Of a DNA stretch of 64,000 nucleotides, positions 40,510 through 52,948 are shown piece after piece (the first letter of the stretch is position 1; each line of letters begins with the position of its first letter). The stretch is taken from positions 62,001 through 126,000 of the forward strand of contig CAJNYD010000369.1 in NCBI GenBank assembly GCA_905331295.1, given 5' to 3'. Position numbers and translations under genes: made by a program. The notes beneath the pieces were generated by a model. That model worked only from the letters and a program-made list of their open reading frames with translations, did not search any database and had not been told where the DNA came from. The DNA is from Rotaria socialis (Eukaryota).

Positions 40510-42038
40510 TGTATTTGAATCTATGTGAATATTCGACGATATGAAAACAGTTAAAGAATGTTTAGTCGTACATCACTATATATATATATATAAAGAATAA
40601 AGACGAAACTTCTACGTCATGTTTTCTTCTAAAAGAATTACGTCGAATTTATTTGTTAAAAGAACGAAAGGACATTTTCGTCGGATCGAGATTTGACTTG
40701 CTATGAAAAGAATGATGTCGACTGTAACTCAAGGACATTAGGCATATAAGGGTCAAATTAAACGTATCACCGATAAACTAATGTATACATATGAAATATG
40801 AACAATTCACGGTATATGCCAATGAAGATATCCGAACTTCAGTATATTTACTGTGGATGTAATCAACTTGCTATTCATAATTTAAATATGATTGTATAAA
40901 GTTCGTCAAGTTGTTGTACAGATAAATATTTTTATGAAAGTACGATATTAAACATATCTCATCGTGTCTATAGTTACTTCTATATTAGGTATTTTGAAGA
41001 ACTCGACAAGAGAAAAACTGATCTTTTCAGCAATAATTAGTATCTTAAAACTGCTATAATTACTTTAGAATTCAAGTATTCGTCAGCCTGTATACGTCAC
41101 CATCTAGTCATACTTTTAGTTGGACCTGAATATTTTGAATGCTCCGCAATTATCATAAGTAACCATCAATAGCAAGATAAATTAATAAGATATAACAATA
41201 TATTATTCATCGTTTCTCTCACTGTCCTGATATAACTAGTTATGCATGTGATATTTCTCGTTTCGTTTTTTTAAAAGCTAACTACAAATTAAGATAATTA
41301 TAGAGCATTGATGTCTATGAAGCATTAAAATATATGCGTAGGCGGAGAAAACAAAAATGACTTCTGAATTTAAGTTTTTTCTTATAAAATAAATAAAAAA
41401 TAGATCGGTGCAGAGACAACTTTCATTATCACTCTTTTCTAGAGTAACTTTCAATTCAGAGAATTATTTTGATCATATAAAATGATAACTTGTTATTGTT
41501 AGGCTACTTTGCCCTATCGATCTATTAAAGTTCATAGTCTACCAACAATGTAAAATTTACTACTAAACAGCAAAGACTCTCTTTCGCTCAATTATTTGGT
41601 AGCTGATGATGAGTATAATGATGAGTTTGCAATGAAAAGTTCCTCTAATGCGACACTTCCTTTTACTCATCAAATGACACATCTTCCTTTTTTCCCCATC
41701 ACTCATATATTGACGACGTTATTTATCATACATTTTCCATATTTTGAAAAAATAATAATATTTCTTGCTTGCTATTTCTAATGCTTCGTTTTTTTATGTT
41801 CTGTTGTCACGGCTCGACGCACTAACAAATACTACTATATAAACGATACGATATGAATGCCTGTCGATACGTTTATTAGCGCACAGGTATCCTACATTGA
41901 CAAGGCATCTTTATCATACATTTGAATAACATATTGATTAAAAACATATTCAATATTAATGTAATGGTTTGATTTCGTGTTGTTTTTATTTCTTGCATCA
42001 ATATAGCTTAATTTAGGGATCCACGGTTTTATCAAGTT

Positions 42039-42727
42039 ATGGCACGGCCAACACATAATTCGAATCTGTATTACGATAGAAGATTTATTCGAAAACCTCG
42101 ATACAGATACCAACATCCACTTGATTATTATGTGGACATGGGTACGCGAGTACAACGACGAACAATGCTTACTAGTATGCTGATAATAGTAAAATATCAC
42201 CAACAGATTTCGTTCTGTTTTTTATTTAAGCTCTAGTTCCGACTCAACGTCGATTGAATGGAGGTTTTCACGCTGAAATGTTAGAATTACATAATCAGTA
42301 TCGTGCTCGTCATTGTGCACCACCGTTATCTATAGATAAGCGACTCAATCAAATCGCTCAATCATACGCTGAACATTTAGCAGCTACATCAAAATTTGAA
42401 CATAGCGGAAATAAACTTGGAAAGGAACCACTAGGAGAAAATCTTTACATGCAATGGATGTCTAACGCTCAACCTACTTCATCTGCAAAAAAAGCAGTAA
42501 AAAGTTGGTACGATGAAGTAGCCTTACATAACTTTAGACGTCCAACATTTTCAGCTAAAACCGGTCATTTTACACAACTGGTATGGAAATCATCAAAATT
42601 ATTAGGTGCTGGAATAGCTTTTTCGGCTGATAAACGCTCAGTATATGTCGTAACGAATTATTATCCAGCTGGGAATATGATGGGACCAGGCTCTTTTGAA
42701 AGAAATGTTTTAGAAGCAAACTGTTAA
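42039..42727 (+). CDS. CAP superfamily (GAPR-1/GLIPR2-like) protein, paralog 1; intron ~42175-42230
   Basis: LELHNQYRARH, GENLY, WYDE, GHFTQLVWK, VVTNYYPAGN motifs; no signal peptide. Confidence 0.92.
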
Positions 42728-43067
42728 GCGCATCGTTTTTTTACACAGACGAATACACTAACAGGAATAAAACGAAATTTAAAATGCTAATCACTTGAAA
42801 GAATCAGCAACACAATAAAATAATGGGCAAAGAGTTTATACACTTATTTGTATAAGAAAATTAAAAGGATAAAAATACATAAAAGTTTTACAAAGAAAAG
42901 TAGCTCAGTTTTGTTGGCAGTAAGATATGAATTTCATCGGATTCTTGTTCAGTTCGGCAGATAAATATTGAACTCTCACAATTACCATTCTTTGTCATAT
43001 GATCTCGATCTTCAGTATATCAAGAATCAGATGAAGTTCAATCTCGAATAATTTAATTTATCTTTGC

Positions 43068-43453
43068 TATCAGTGTGAAGCTAGCACGACGGAGCTAGCA
43101 CGATGAAATAGAGATTCAACTATAAGCCTTCTCAGAAGTATTGCCGGCCCATAAAAATCAGACCATTCGATGCAGAATTTAATGCTGGATCGGATGGTGA
43201 TACTTTTATTCCCCGGCAATACTTAGGAAAAATTTTTACCTACATCTTTGTTTTCTTCTAAATAGGACAAGAAAAACCGCATAGAATTTTCTCAAAGTAT
43301 TGCCGGAGAATAAAAGTATCACCGTCCTATCCAGAATTAAATTCTGCATCGAATGGTCTGGTTTTTTTATAGGCCGGCAATACTTCTGAGAAGGCTTATA
43401 GTTGAATCTCTATTTCATCGTGCTAGCTCCGTCGTGCTAGCTTCACACTGATA
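43068..43453. mobile_element. Young foldback MITE, ~386 bp, ~160 bp arms
   Basis: TATCAGTGTGAAGCTAGCACGACGG... exactly inverted at the other end for the outer ~80 bp; flanking direct repeat TCTTTGC (43061-43067, 43454-43460). Confidence 0.92.
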
Positions 43454-44715
43454 TCTTTGCTCATGCTCTGACTACATGTTCAATATATTTGTTCGAAAGT
43501 GTCATTTTATTAGCTCAGATAGAACGCGGAAAGTTTCAATGCTTTCTATTGCGAACAATCCATCGCAGAACTGTTAAATTGTTCTTGTCTTTATGAAGTT
43601 AACTTAGTTGGTGTTATCAAGACCGAAAAAAAAACACTTTCATTCTATCGTCATGAACATGCCTGGGACCTGCCGTAAAAGACTCTACCAATGGTCTCTA
43701 TTGCGTACGTTTCATTTTCTTGGCATGTGATAGAATGCTTAAGAATCCAATTCATGCTATTTTTTGCTTCTTAAACGTGTATAAACAAACTATCGGAAGA
43801 GTAATGGGCTGGCTTTAGCTAGATCGAACATACTCAAAATACTTCAACCTTTCGTTGATATATGATCATAAGTGTTAACACTTCCTTTTGTTTGAAAAAA
43901 TGTTTTGTTTGTGAGAATGTTATCATTATTATTGGCAATCTTGTTTTGAAGTACTGTCAGTATGCACTCAAACAGAGAAACTTGATAGCTAATTAAAAAA
44001 ATGTACTCTTGAAAAATGTTCAATCTAGTTTTCATTTAACTATGTTCTGCCATAATAAATACCAAAATTATTATGAACGAGATAGGCTTCGATTTCAGTG
44101 GAGAGCTGCTATGTATTTCGAAGAAATTTTTATGGAATCGAACGTTTCTGTTGGTGCTTCATTTATACATTGATCAACATAAGTTTTGAACGGGCGTTCA
44201 AAGTAAAAATATTGAAAGAATTGAGCAATACAAGTCACATGTAAGACCATTGTTTACTAAATTATTATTCTATAAATATTTACTTATGCTTCAATGCACT
44301 TTTCTAAGCAGTTGCATTAATTGAATTTATTCCATTTTTTTCCAATATATTCCTTCGCCCCATTAAATGCATTCTACTCGATGACTAGTTAAAAGACAAG
44401 AATAACACTTTTCTATACGTAATTAATGAAATAAATTTCACAATTAGGAGCATCCAACAGTACTGAAATCGCATTGTTTTCAAGCAAGTGATTATCGTTA
44501 ACTTATACACAAAAAAACAAATTCAAGAAATTGAAAGGGTTCAACATATTGATAGCATGATCTAAGGAAAGTAGACTTTGTCTGTTGATTTCATATTTCT
44601 CAATACTGTTGAATGTGATAAATTCAATTGAATTCAAATAACTTACGAACGATTATTTTGATTACCATAATTTACTGTTACTATTGATTGATGTTTGTGA
44701 ATAATTCTAAACAAG

Positions 44716-44960
44716 TGATGTATGTCATTTTAACAACGACTGTTAGTTGAACGGCTGTCTCAATTACGACTGCATACTCAGAAAACTTTACAAATAGTGC
44801 TACTCCTGTATCACAACGAACGCAATGGCAAAATTTTGTTCTTGTTCAAGTACGGGCTATGACATATGCTCAAGGTATTGGCAATTCAGGTTATGGTGGA
44901 GCAAGTACTGCTTGTTGTAATGAACTAGCTAGAACCATGACTGTAATATTTCAATGGTAA
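44716..44960 (+). pseudogene. Remnant of a Thr/Cys-rich extracellular-type domain gene with internal deletion
   Basis: Reads ...TAYSENFTNSATPVSQRTQWQNFV...(CSSTGYDI in another frame)...GIGNSGYGGASTACCNELARTMTVIFQW*, with an upstream in-frame stop; resembles the two ends of a domain recalled from uncharacterised bdelloid proteins (unverified). Confidence 0.45.
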
Positions 44961-45708
44961 CATAATCTGCGTTCAAAAGTGGCGGATTATATTCATTATT
45001 TGAACCATTGAAAATTTATTTCTTTTATTTCAAAAATAAATTTATCGAGAAAGCTCTGCAATTCGAAATTGACTGAATACTCTTTTTTGGAACGAAGTCA
45101 AAAAAGAAAATATCAGCTGAGCTTTTCCAGCAAAATAACTAGGAAAGTATTAACAGCAACTTTCTAAAACTCATGATTATCTTTGGCATTGCGGACCTGT
45201 TTTGTTTTTACTGTTTAAGGGATATTGTGTTGTTTAACGGAAGTTACTCTTGTAAAAGCAATCTGTGGTCATATCCATTATTAAAAAATGATAATGCTTG
45301 ATTTTTCTGAATGAATTCTTCTATATTGATGCATAAGCTATTGGGGAAAATGCTATTTAAATGAAACATGGTCAATCACTTTGCAAATCATTTTCTACAC
45401 ATTATCAATTAATTATATTCTTTTGGAGTAGCATCGAAAAAAGCACAGAGGCTTATCAAGGAACGAGTTCAGATCAACACAAAAAAATAGATAGTAAAAT
45501 TATCGGTCGAACTATGGAAAAAATTGATAACTGTAAGATGATTGTTGTCGTTTGTCTCTTAAATCTAAACATAATCGTATTTTATTTTTCTTTGTCGCTG
45601 TCACGCTTTTTCGACTATACGAAGTAGAACTATTTTAATCGAAAATATTATGATAATGCAGACCTTTCTTCTATGAAAAATATGTAACATGGTCCTATAT
45701 TGATTTTA

Positions 45709-46271
45709 CTTAGGGTATACCAAAAGTCCTGGCCACGAGATCTTTAGTTCGACAAAATCCATAGTTTTGAAAGTTTTATTGCGCGAATATAGATAGTAAT
45801 ACGCCTGCTCTATGATACTGCATATATTAGTCCTATATTGGATTTAATTCTAACACTCATTTCGATAAAATCTATAATGCTCATGATTAGCAAAAGTTCT
45901 GAAGGCATCAAATAAATATATAAAAAGAAGAACATATTTCTAGTTTCATTTTATTAGATGTTCAAAATAGTCACGGAATGTAATGTTCTTGAACATGACG
46001 TCATAGAACGTTACACGAGAGACAAATAAACAACATAAAATATTCCAGAATGTATCCGAACATTCCACAAGGATCTGCTAGATATTGGTATAGCCACTAG
46101 ATTATAGATTTTCTCCAAAATGACTGTTAGAATTAAATCTAATATAGGGCTAATATATGCAGTATCATAGAGCAGGCATATTACTATACATATTCGCGCA
46201 ATAAAACTTTCAAAACTATGGATTTTGTCGAATTAAAGATCTCGTGGTCAGAACTTTTGGTATACCCTAAG
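45709..46271. mobile_element. MITE, 563 bp, ~150 bp TIRs, TA flanks (Tc1/mariner-like)
   Basis: TA|CTTAGGGTATACCAAAAGT ... ACTTTTGGTATACCCTAAG|TA; arms 45709-~45865 and ~46115-46271 are highly similar in inverted orientation. Confidence 0.9.
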
Positions 46272-47041
46272 TAATTAGCTACTTCAAGCACGATCTTCCG
46301 TTTACAATCATAATTTTAGGAAAAAAAATTCAGTGAGTAACTTTATTGACGTAGTAAAGAGTAGTATAATGAAAAATATGTTCAAAAATTCAACCCTAAT
46401 AGTTTGACTTAATTTTTTCTCGAAGCCGTGCTAATTCCAATATGGTTGTCTATGATATTCAAAAAACTACCAACCTGTTTTGCAGCACACTGAGCTGTCT
46501 ACTCTTTGCTTTTCTAATTCCAAAACATACGACGCAAATAAAGGTACTGCTTATAATTAAATCTAAATATAGGCACAGAATAAATCAATCTATAAAAAGG
46601 ATATGATTATGTTGTTTCTATATGTCATTTTAATTCTGAGAATTTTGGGTAATTTGAAATGAGTTCTCTGATTAACACCCAATAAATTATAACAATGGGA
46701 ATATTAGAATATTGTTAAGAGAATATTTTTATTGTTTCAAAAAAATATACTTTATTCTAATTGCATGATTTATAGTTCTGTTTACATTACGTTTCATAGT
46801 CATGACTCGAAGCGTTCAAGCGTAACATTATACGAATGATTCACATGTCACATATTTATATAAGCGTCTATTTACATACAATTGTTCTGTTTTAATCGAT
46901 TGAGTTTGGTATAGTTTCATCTGAATTTTAACATTGGTTGAAAAACAAATCTTCATCAATGTAATAATTTAATTCCAAGATTTTCTCGTTTTCTTTCATG
47001 CGAATATATTTTCCTGTAGGGATCGAAGATTCTCACGACTT

Positions 47042-47730
47042 ATGATACATCCAAATCGACAGTTTGGTCAACATCATGATAGAAGATTGGTTCTTAGACC
47101 TATACATCGATATCAACATCCATTAGCTTTTCATATAGATATGGATATGAGAAATCTTCGAACGCATAGATACGGTAAGTTAATAATAAATGCAAAACAA
47201 TAAATTTTATTTTTGTTTTCTCTTTTTTTTAAGAGAGTAATCGGACACGTCATTTTAATAATGACAAATATATTCATGAAATGTTAAAACTACATAATTA
47301 TTATCGTGCACGTCACTGCTCACCACCATTAGCTATAGATCAGCGACTAAACCAAATCGCTCAATCATATGCTGAACATTTAGCCGCCACATCAACATTT
47401 GAACATAGTGGAAATAGACTTGGAGACAAAGCTCTCGGAGAAAATCTCTACATGGAATGGATATCTTATGGTCGAGTGAAAGCTACTCCAAAAGCAGCTA
47501 TGAGTAGTTGGTATGATGAAATAGCAATGCATGATTTTGAACATCCAAAATTTTCATCAGAAACAGGTCATTTTACGCAACTAGTATGGAAATCCTCGAG
47601 AAAATTGGGTGTTGGCATAGCTTTCTCAGAGGATAAACGAGAAGTTTATGTTGTTGCAAATTATTTTCCGGGTGGAAATATTACTAATCGAGGATATTTT
47701 GAAGCAAATGTTTTACCAGCAAATTGTTGA
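47042..47730 (+). CDS. CAP superfamily (GAPR-1/GLIPR2-like) protein, paralog 2; intron 47175-47233
   Basis: Same motifs and intron position as paralog 1; shared exon-1 motif DRR...RYQHPL..DM. Confidence 0.92.
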
Positions 47731-49099
47731 ATCTTTTTCTTTTGCTCAACATACGAAATTATGTTTTCGTAGAAGAGGAAAAAATAAAAATAAACATGGA
47801 TAATTCTGAATGTTCGAAACGAAAGGTTGATGGCGAAAGTAGACGGTGAGAATTTTAAGAAGATATAGAACGAGCTGTGTTATGCAATGAATTGACATTT
47901 AGTTTGCTTTTTTTTGTTCGAACTCTTCGTCTTACAAAAAAAGAAATAGTTCTTCGCTGGAAAATTATTCTAGCATGAGACTTGTTATAGAATTTCGACG
48001 AGACGAATACTAATGTAATGAATACAATGAACTTGAACAATAAAATTAATATTGCTGTAGATTCAGGCTTGGCTATTTCAGTTTGTTTTCGATTGAAAGC
48101 TCAAATCAATTTTTCTTAGTATTCATATGGCAGTCGATGTAATCGACGGAATACTTTTATGATCAACTAAAGTACTAAAAATCTAAAAATCTAATAAACG
48201 ACATTCTCGCATCCATGCTATCTTCAAACTTTTCTAACGTTGTAGTGATACTGTGAGAGACTAATTGGGAATATTAGAAATCTCGTTTTTTTTCCCTATC
48301 AATCTTCTATCTCAAACAGAGTTCGCTGGACCTAAGAGTTTCATATATATTTTGGAGTAGATGTCAATAAATAAAATAATTATGAAAATATTTGAAAATC
48401 ATTGCTGTGATGTAATTTGTGAAAACAATACGTACGCTGAAATATCTTATTATGCCATTTGTTGTTTATTTCTTATATTGGCACATTGTATTCACTGCTT
48501 TAGTTATTTCTTCTTTGCTGCGATTTTGAACTGTAGGTTACATAATCCTTGTACATGTTGCATCCACTAGCGAGATAGTTTTTCTCCTTACTCTCAACTT
48601 GAGAGTTTCTCAAGTACACATGAAAAGTTGACTTTATTGAAACCGGATCATGTCTTATAATGAATCCAAGATGTCGCATTTAGTAGCGTGTTAACAACAA
48701 CAGGTAAATATCGCAATGGTTAATTACGTTAAATGGTATACAAACAATATTATAATGGTTAATAAGCTAAATAAGCATTCATTTCATATTTTTCTTTCGA
48801 TCTAATTGTACATGTGGTATCCATCCATCGCATCAAATTCATTAAAATAATGCGTTTTTCGAAAAATGTGAAGCAAGACTTTCCAACCACACATCAAAAG
48901 AAACTGGTCTCTTCATAAATACACACATCAACATATTTCATAGTTCGAACAAAATAAAGTGTAAGTGCGTTATCTGTAACTTTTCGTGTCCACCACCTGC
49001 CTTCTTTCTTATCGGTAACATGTATTTAAAAGGTTACCGCATAGCAAGCATTACTATTTGTGATTGTTACGAACACCACGAGCGAGAAATATTTACAAA

Positions 49100-49423
49100 A
49101 TGGCGAATAAAGTGGCTTACATTATGAAACTAAAACCGGGCGCTGCTGCCGAATATAAACGAAGGCATGACGAAATTTGGCCTGAAGTTCTCGTTTTACT
49201 TCATGAACACGGATTTACAGACTATTCAATTTTTCTTGACGAAGAAAATTTAACATTGTTCGCGGTGTACAAGCCATCTTCGCTTGTTACAGCGTCGAAC
49301 GATGCTTTACGCCATAATGAGATCATACAACGATGGTGGGCATATATGACTGATTTGGTAGAGTTCAACGAAGATCACATGCCTGTCACTAATTCACTCA
49401 AAATGGTTTTTCATATGGATTGA
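49100..49423 (+). CDS. rhaM: L-rhamnose mutarotase, 107 aa, intronless
   Basis: MKLKPGAAAEYKRRHDEIWPE, DYSIFLDEE..TLFA, QRWWAYMTD, VFHMD* are the RhaM/YiiL signature, with the Tyr, His and Trp-Trp active-site residues. Confidence 0.93.
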   Translation: MANKVAYIMKLKPGAAAEYKRRHDEIWPEVLVLLHEHGFTDYSIFLDEENLTLFAVYKPSSLVTASNDALRHNEIIQRWWAYMTDLVEFNEDHMPVTNSLKMVFHMD

Positions 49424-50229
49424 ATAATAGAGTTTTTCAAAATAACACCAAGGGGTCACCTCAAACATTGTTTAAGTGATGCATGGCTTTTTTCTTTTTC
49501 TTTTATTTTTTCTTTTTCAACATTTTGTAATTAATATTAATACTAAGCTTTTCATTTATTCGATTAATATGCAATACATCTACCATCTTTGGAGATGTAA
49601 TATATTTCTCTGGTGGCGTCGAGAGAACTTTTATAAATACTCATGATCATAACAGCTGTTAGTTTGAAAATGTATATTGACCGATAGAAAGTGTTATAAA
49701 ATTATTCGTTTGATAGCGTATTTTTCATAGCGGCATCTCGTTTACTTGAAAGATGTCTCTTTTTTATCAATTGTGTTCTACACAAGATCAATCAAAAGAA
49801 CATAACCATTCACACCATTTGTCCATCGAATAGAAATTGGCTCTCGTACTCGTTCTTCAATACACAAAAATAGAATGGTTCACTAATGCTTATCACAAAA
49901 CGAATTAAGAGAATTTTATAAGAAAAACGAGTACGCTTTCGAGGATTTTCTCTGATTGTTCTGCGGTCTCCTGTTGTCACAGACAAAAGTACTTTTAAGC
50001 GACTTCAGAAAAGAATCCGCTTTCAAGGGCTAAGTCTTCGTGTATGTTATACACGAATGTTTTATCGGATGAGACCTAATACATAGATGATGCATCGTTA
50101 TCTTATATCAATAAAACGTCAAAATATGATGTCGTACTGTTATTTGTTTCTCATCATTTACTGCGAAAACGTAAAACGCGAAGAAAGCAATATTTTGGTG
50201 TCCCGTCCTTCATTAGTCTCACAACAACA

Positions 50230-51298
50230 ATGAATTCCGCTCCGCCAGTACATGAAATCGATATTGCTGACAAGCAATCTCTTCAGTCTGTAATCAATTT
50301 TCTAGTACGTTGTGTGCTTATTTTTTCATATTATCTTGTACTTACCTCATCTCCTTAGGTAGGATACTTTCCAGACTCATTGGCTTTTTATTATTTTTTG
50401 AGTGCAATTCAACAAAATACAATAAAACCAAAAGATTTGTGGCCAAATCAACTGTTGGTTAACGATAAAAATGATATAAAATGCGTGCTGTTTATATATT
50501 CTCTCATGAGCTTTAAAAATACCTATGAACCCACAACTGAAGATGAAAAATCAATGAGAAGCGACATCAGTTTCTTCTGCGATAATAAAGAAGACCAACT
50601 TTTCGTTTCTATAATTCAACACTATGTTCCATGGTCGAAGGTCAAGAAAATCGTCTTTACCGATTTTCCACATCGATTTTCGTCAATAATTGAAAGTTTT
50701 ATTCGAGAGAATAATTTAGGTGATGCTCATACCGTAAATTGTCAGCAGATGGAATTAAACAAAGAAACATTTATAGAAAAATGTAAAACTATGACATATA
50801 CTTGTCCATCAGGTAGCTGTTTTGTGAACAATTAATAAACGAACTAGATCATCGTTTTAGATATTATTATTCGACCGTTAACATTGTCTGATGCATCCAC
50901 CATCAATGAGCTTTGGGAACACAAATCAGAAATTTCCTTGTATAGATTTATGTATGAAATAGAACATTTATTATCATACGGTATATGATAAAAATATTTC
51001 TGAAACTTGAATGAAACTTTTTTTTTTCTTGAAAGGTGCGTTTCGTGGCGAAACTCTGATGAGTTGGTGCATGAGAAAATACAATGGTTGTGTAGCAAAC
51101 GTTTTTACAAAACCAGAAGCTCGAAGACTTGGTCTTGCGTCGATACTAAATGTCTTTATGGCATCGAAGATTTTGGAACAAGAAGAACGAGTGTTTTCTT
51201 TTGTAATCAATAATAACACAGCATCGATCAGCATGTTAGAAAAACTGGGATATAAAAGAACAGGTGATGCCGATTGGTTAGTTTTTACAGCGAAATAA
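50230..51298 (+). CDS. GNAT acetyltransferase (FR47/glycine N-acyltransferase-like), paralog 1; 4 exons
   Basis: Exons 50230-50304, 50359-50812, 50861-50981, 51036-51298 in frame; acetyl-CoA motif VFTKPEARRLGLAS and NTASISMLEKLGY. Confidence 0.88.
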
Positions 51299-51874
51299 AT
51301 GCAAAGCACCGTCTAAAAAGTAGAACCTAATACAATATATTCTGAAACAGCTTTTCGAATTGTTACTTGATAAGGCGTTCTAAACGTTTTTAATATTTAA
51401 AAGTGCTGAATGAACTTTAAACGATACAGAGCTGCATTGTTTTCCCTAAGTTCGCAGTCTCCTCTGAAATAGCAGCTAGACCTAAAACGAGATTATGCAG
51501 ACTCATAGGAATAAACAGAGTGGCATGTTGTCGATTCAAATTTTAAAACAAGACCTTTTACTTATGTATGCTATTAATTTTTTAAGGATTTTTCTTACAT
51601 ATTCTGCGATCGCCTATTTTCATAGACAAAAGGGATTTGTAATCAAGTTCAGCGAAGAATTCGCTTTCAATTGCTAACTATTCGTTTGTAAGCTGCATGA
51701 AGGTTCTATCTGATGAAACCTAATACATAGATGATGCATCGTTATCTTATATCAATAAAACGTAAAAAATAAAATGCCGTAGTGTTATTTGTTTTTCATC
51801 ATTTACTGTGAGAACGTAAAACGCGAAGAAAGCAATATTTTGGTGTCCCGCCCTTCATTAGTCTCACAACAACA

Positions 51875-52948
51875 ATGAATTCCGCTCCGCCAGTAAATGA
51901 AATCGATATTGCTGACAAGCAATCTCTTCAACCTATAATCAATTTTCTGGTAAGTTTTGTGTGAATTTTTCACATTACATTGCACTTATATTACCTCTTA
52001 GGCAGGACAGTTTCCAGAATCAATGGGACTATGGCACCTTTTGAAGGACATTCAAAACAATGTGGTAAGAAAAAACGATTTGTGGCCAAATCAACTGTTG
52101 GTTAACGATAAAAATGATATAAAATGCGTACTGTTTATATATTCTCTTATGGGTTTTAAAAGTACCTATGAATCCGTGACGGAGGAAGAAGCATCAATGT
52201 GTAGAGAAATCAATTTTTTCTGCGATAATAAAGAAGACCAACTTTTCGTTTCTATGATTCAACACTATGTTCCATGGACAACAGCCAAATCCATCGTTTT
52301 CTCCTCTTTTCCACACCGATTTTCGTCAATAATTGAAAGTTTTATTCAAGAAAATAGATTAGGCAGCACGCATATTACAACTTGCCAGCAGATGGAATTA
52401 GATAAAGAATCATTTAAAGAAAAATATAAAACAATGACATATGTGTGTCCATCAGGTACTTGTTTTCTGAGCAATACATTAACCCAAACACAATCTAATA
52501 TCTTTTTAGATATTGTTATTCGACCGTTGTCGTTGTCTGATGCATCCACTGTCAATAACTTTTGGGAATATAAATCCCCGAGTTCTTTGTATAGAATTTC
52601 GCATGAAATCGAGCATTCGCTAGCATACGGTAAATAATAAAGATTTTTTTTTAAATTTTAATATACCTTTCTTTAATCTTCAAAGGTGCATCTTGTGATG
52701 AAAAATTAATTGGTTGGTGTTTGCAAAGATATGATGGCTCCATAGGAAACGTTTTTATAAAACCAGAAGCTCGGAGACGTGGTATTGCGTCGATATTAAA
52801 TGCCTATATGGCGTCAAAAGTTTTAGCAAAAGAAGAACAAGTGTACTGTTTTGTAACCAAAGATAACGTAGCATCATTCAACATGTTACAACAGATAGGA
52901 TATAAACGCACAGCGGATGCAGATTGGTTAGCTTTTACAGCGAAATAG
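51875..52948 (+). CDS. GNAT acetyltransferase (FR47-like), paralog 2; 4 exons
   Basis: Same exon structure (51875-51949, 52002-52455, 52510-52629, 52686-52948); VFIKPEARRRGIAS, NVASFNMLQQIGY. Confidence 0.88.
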
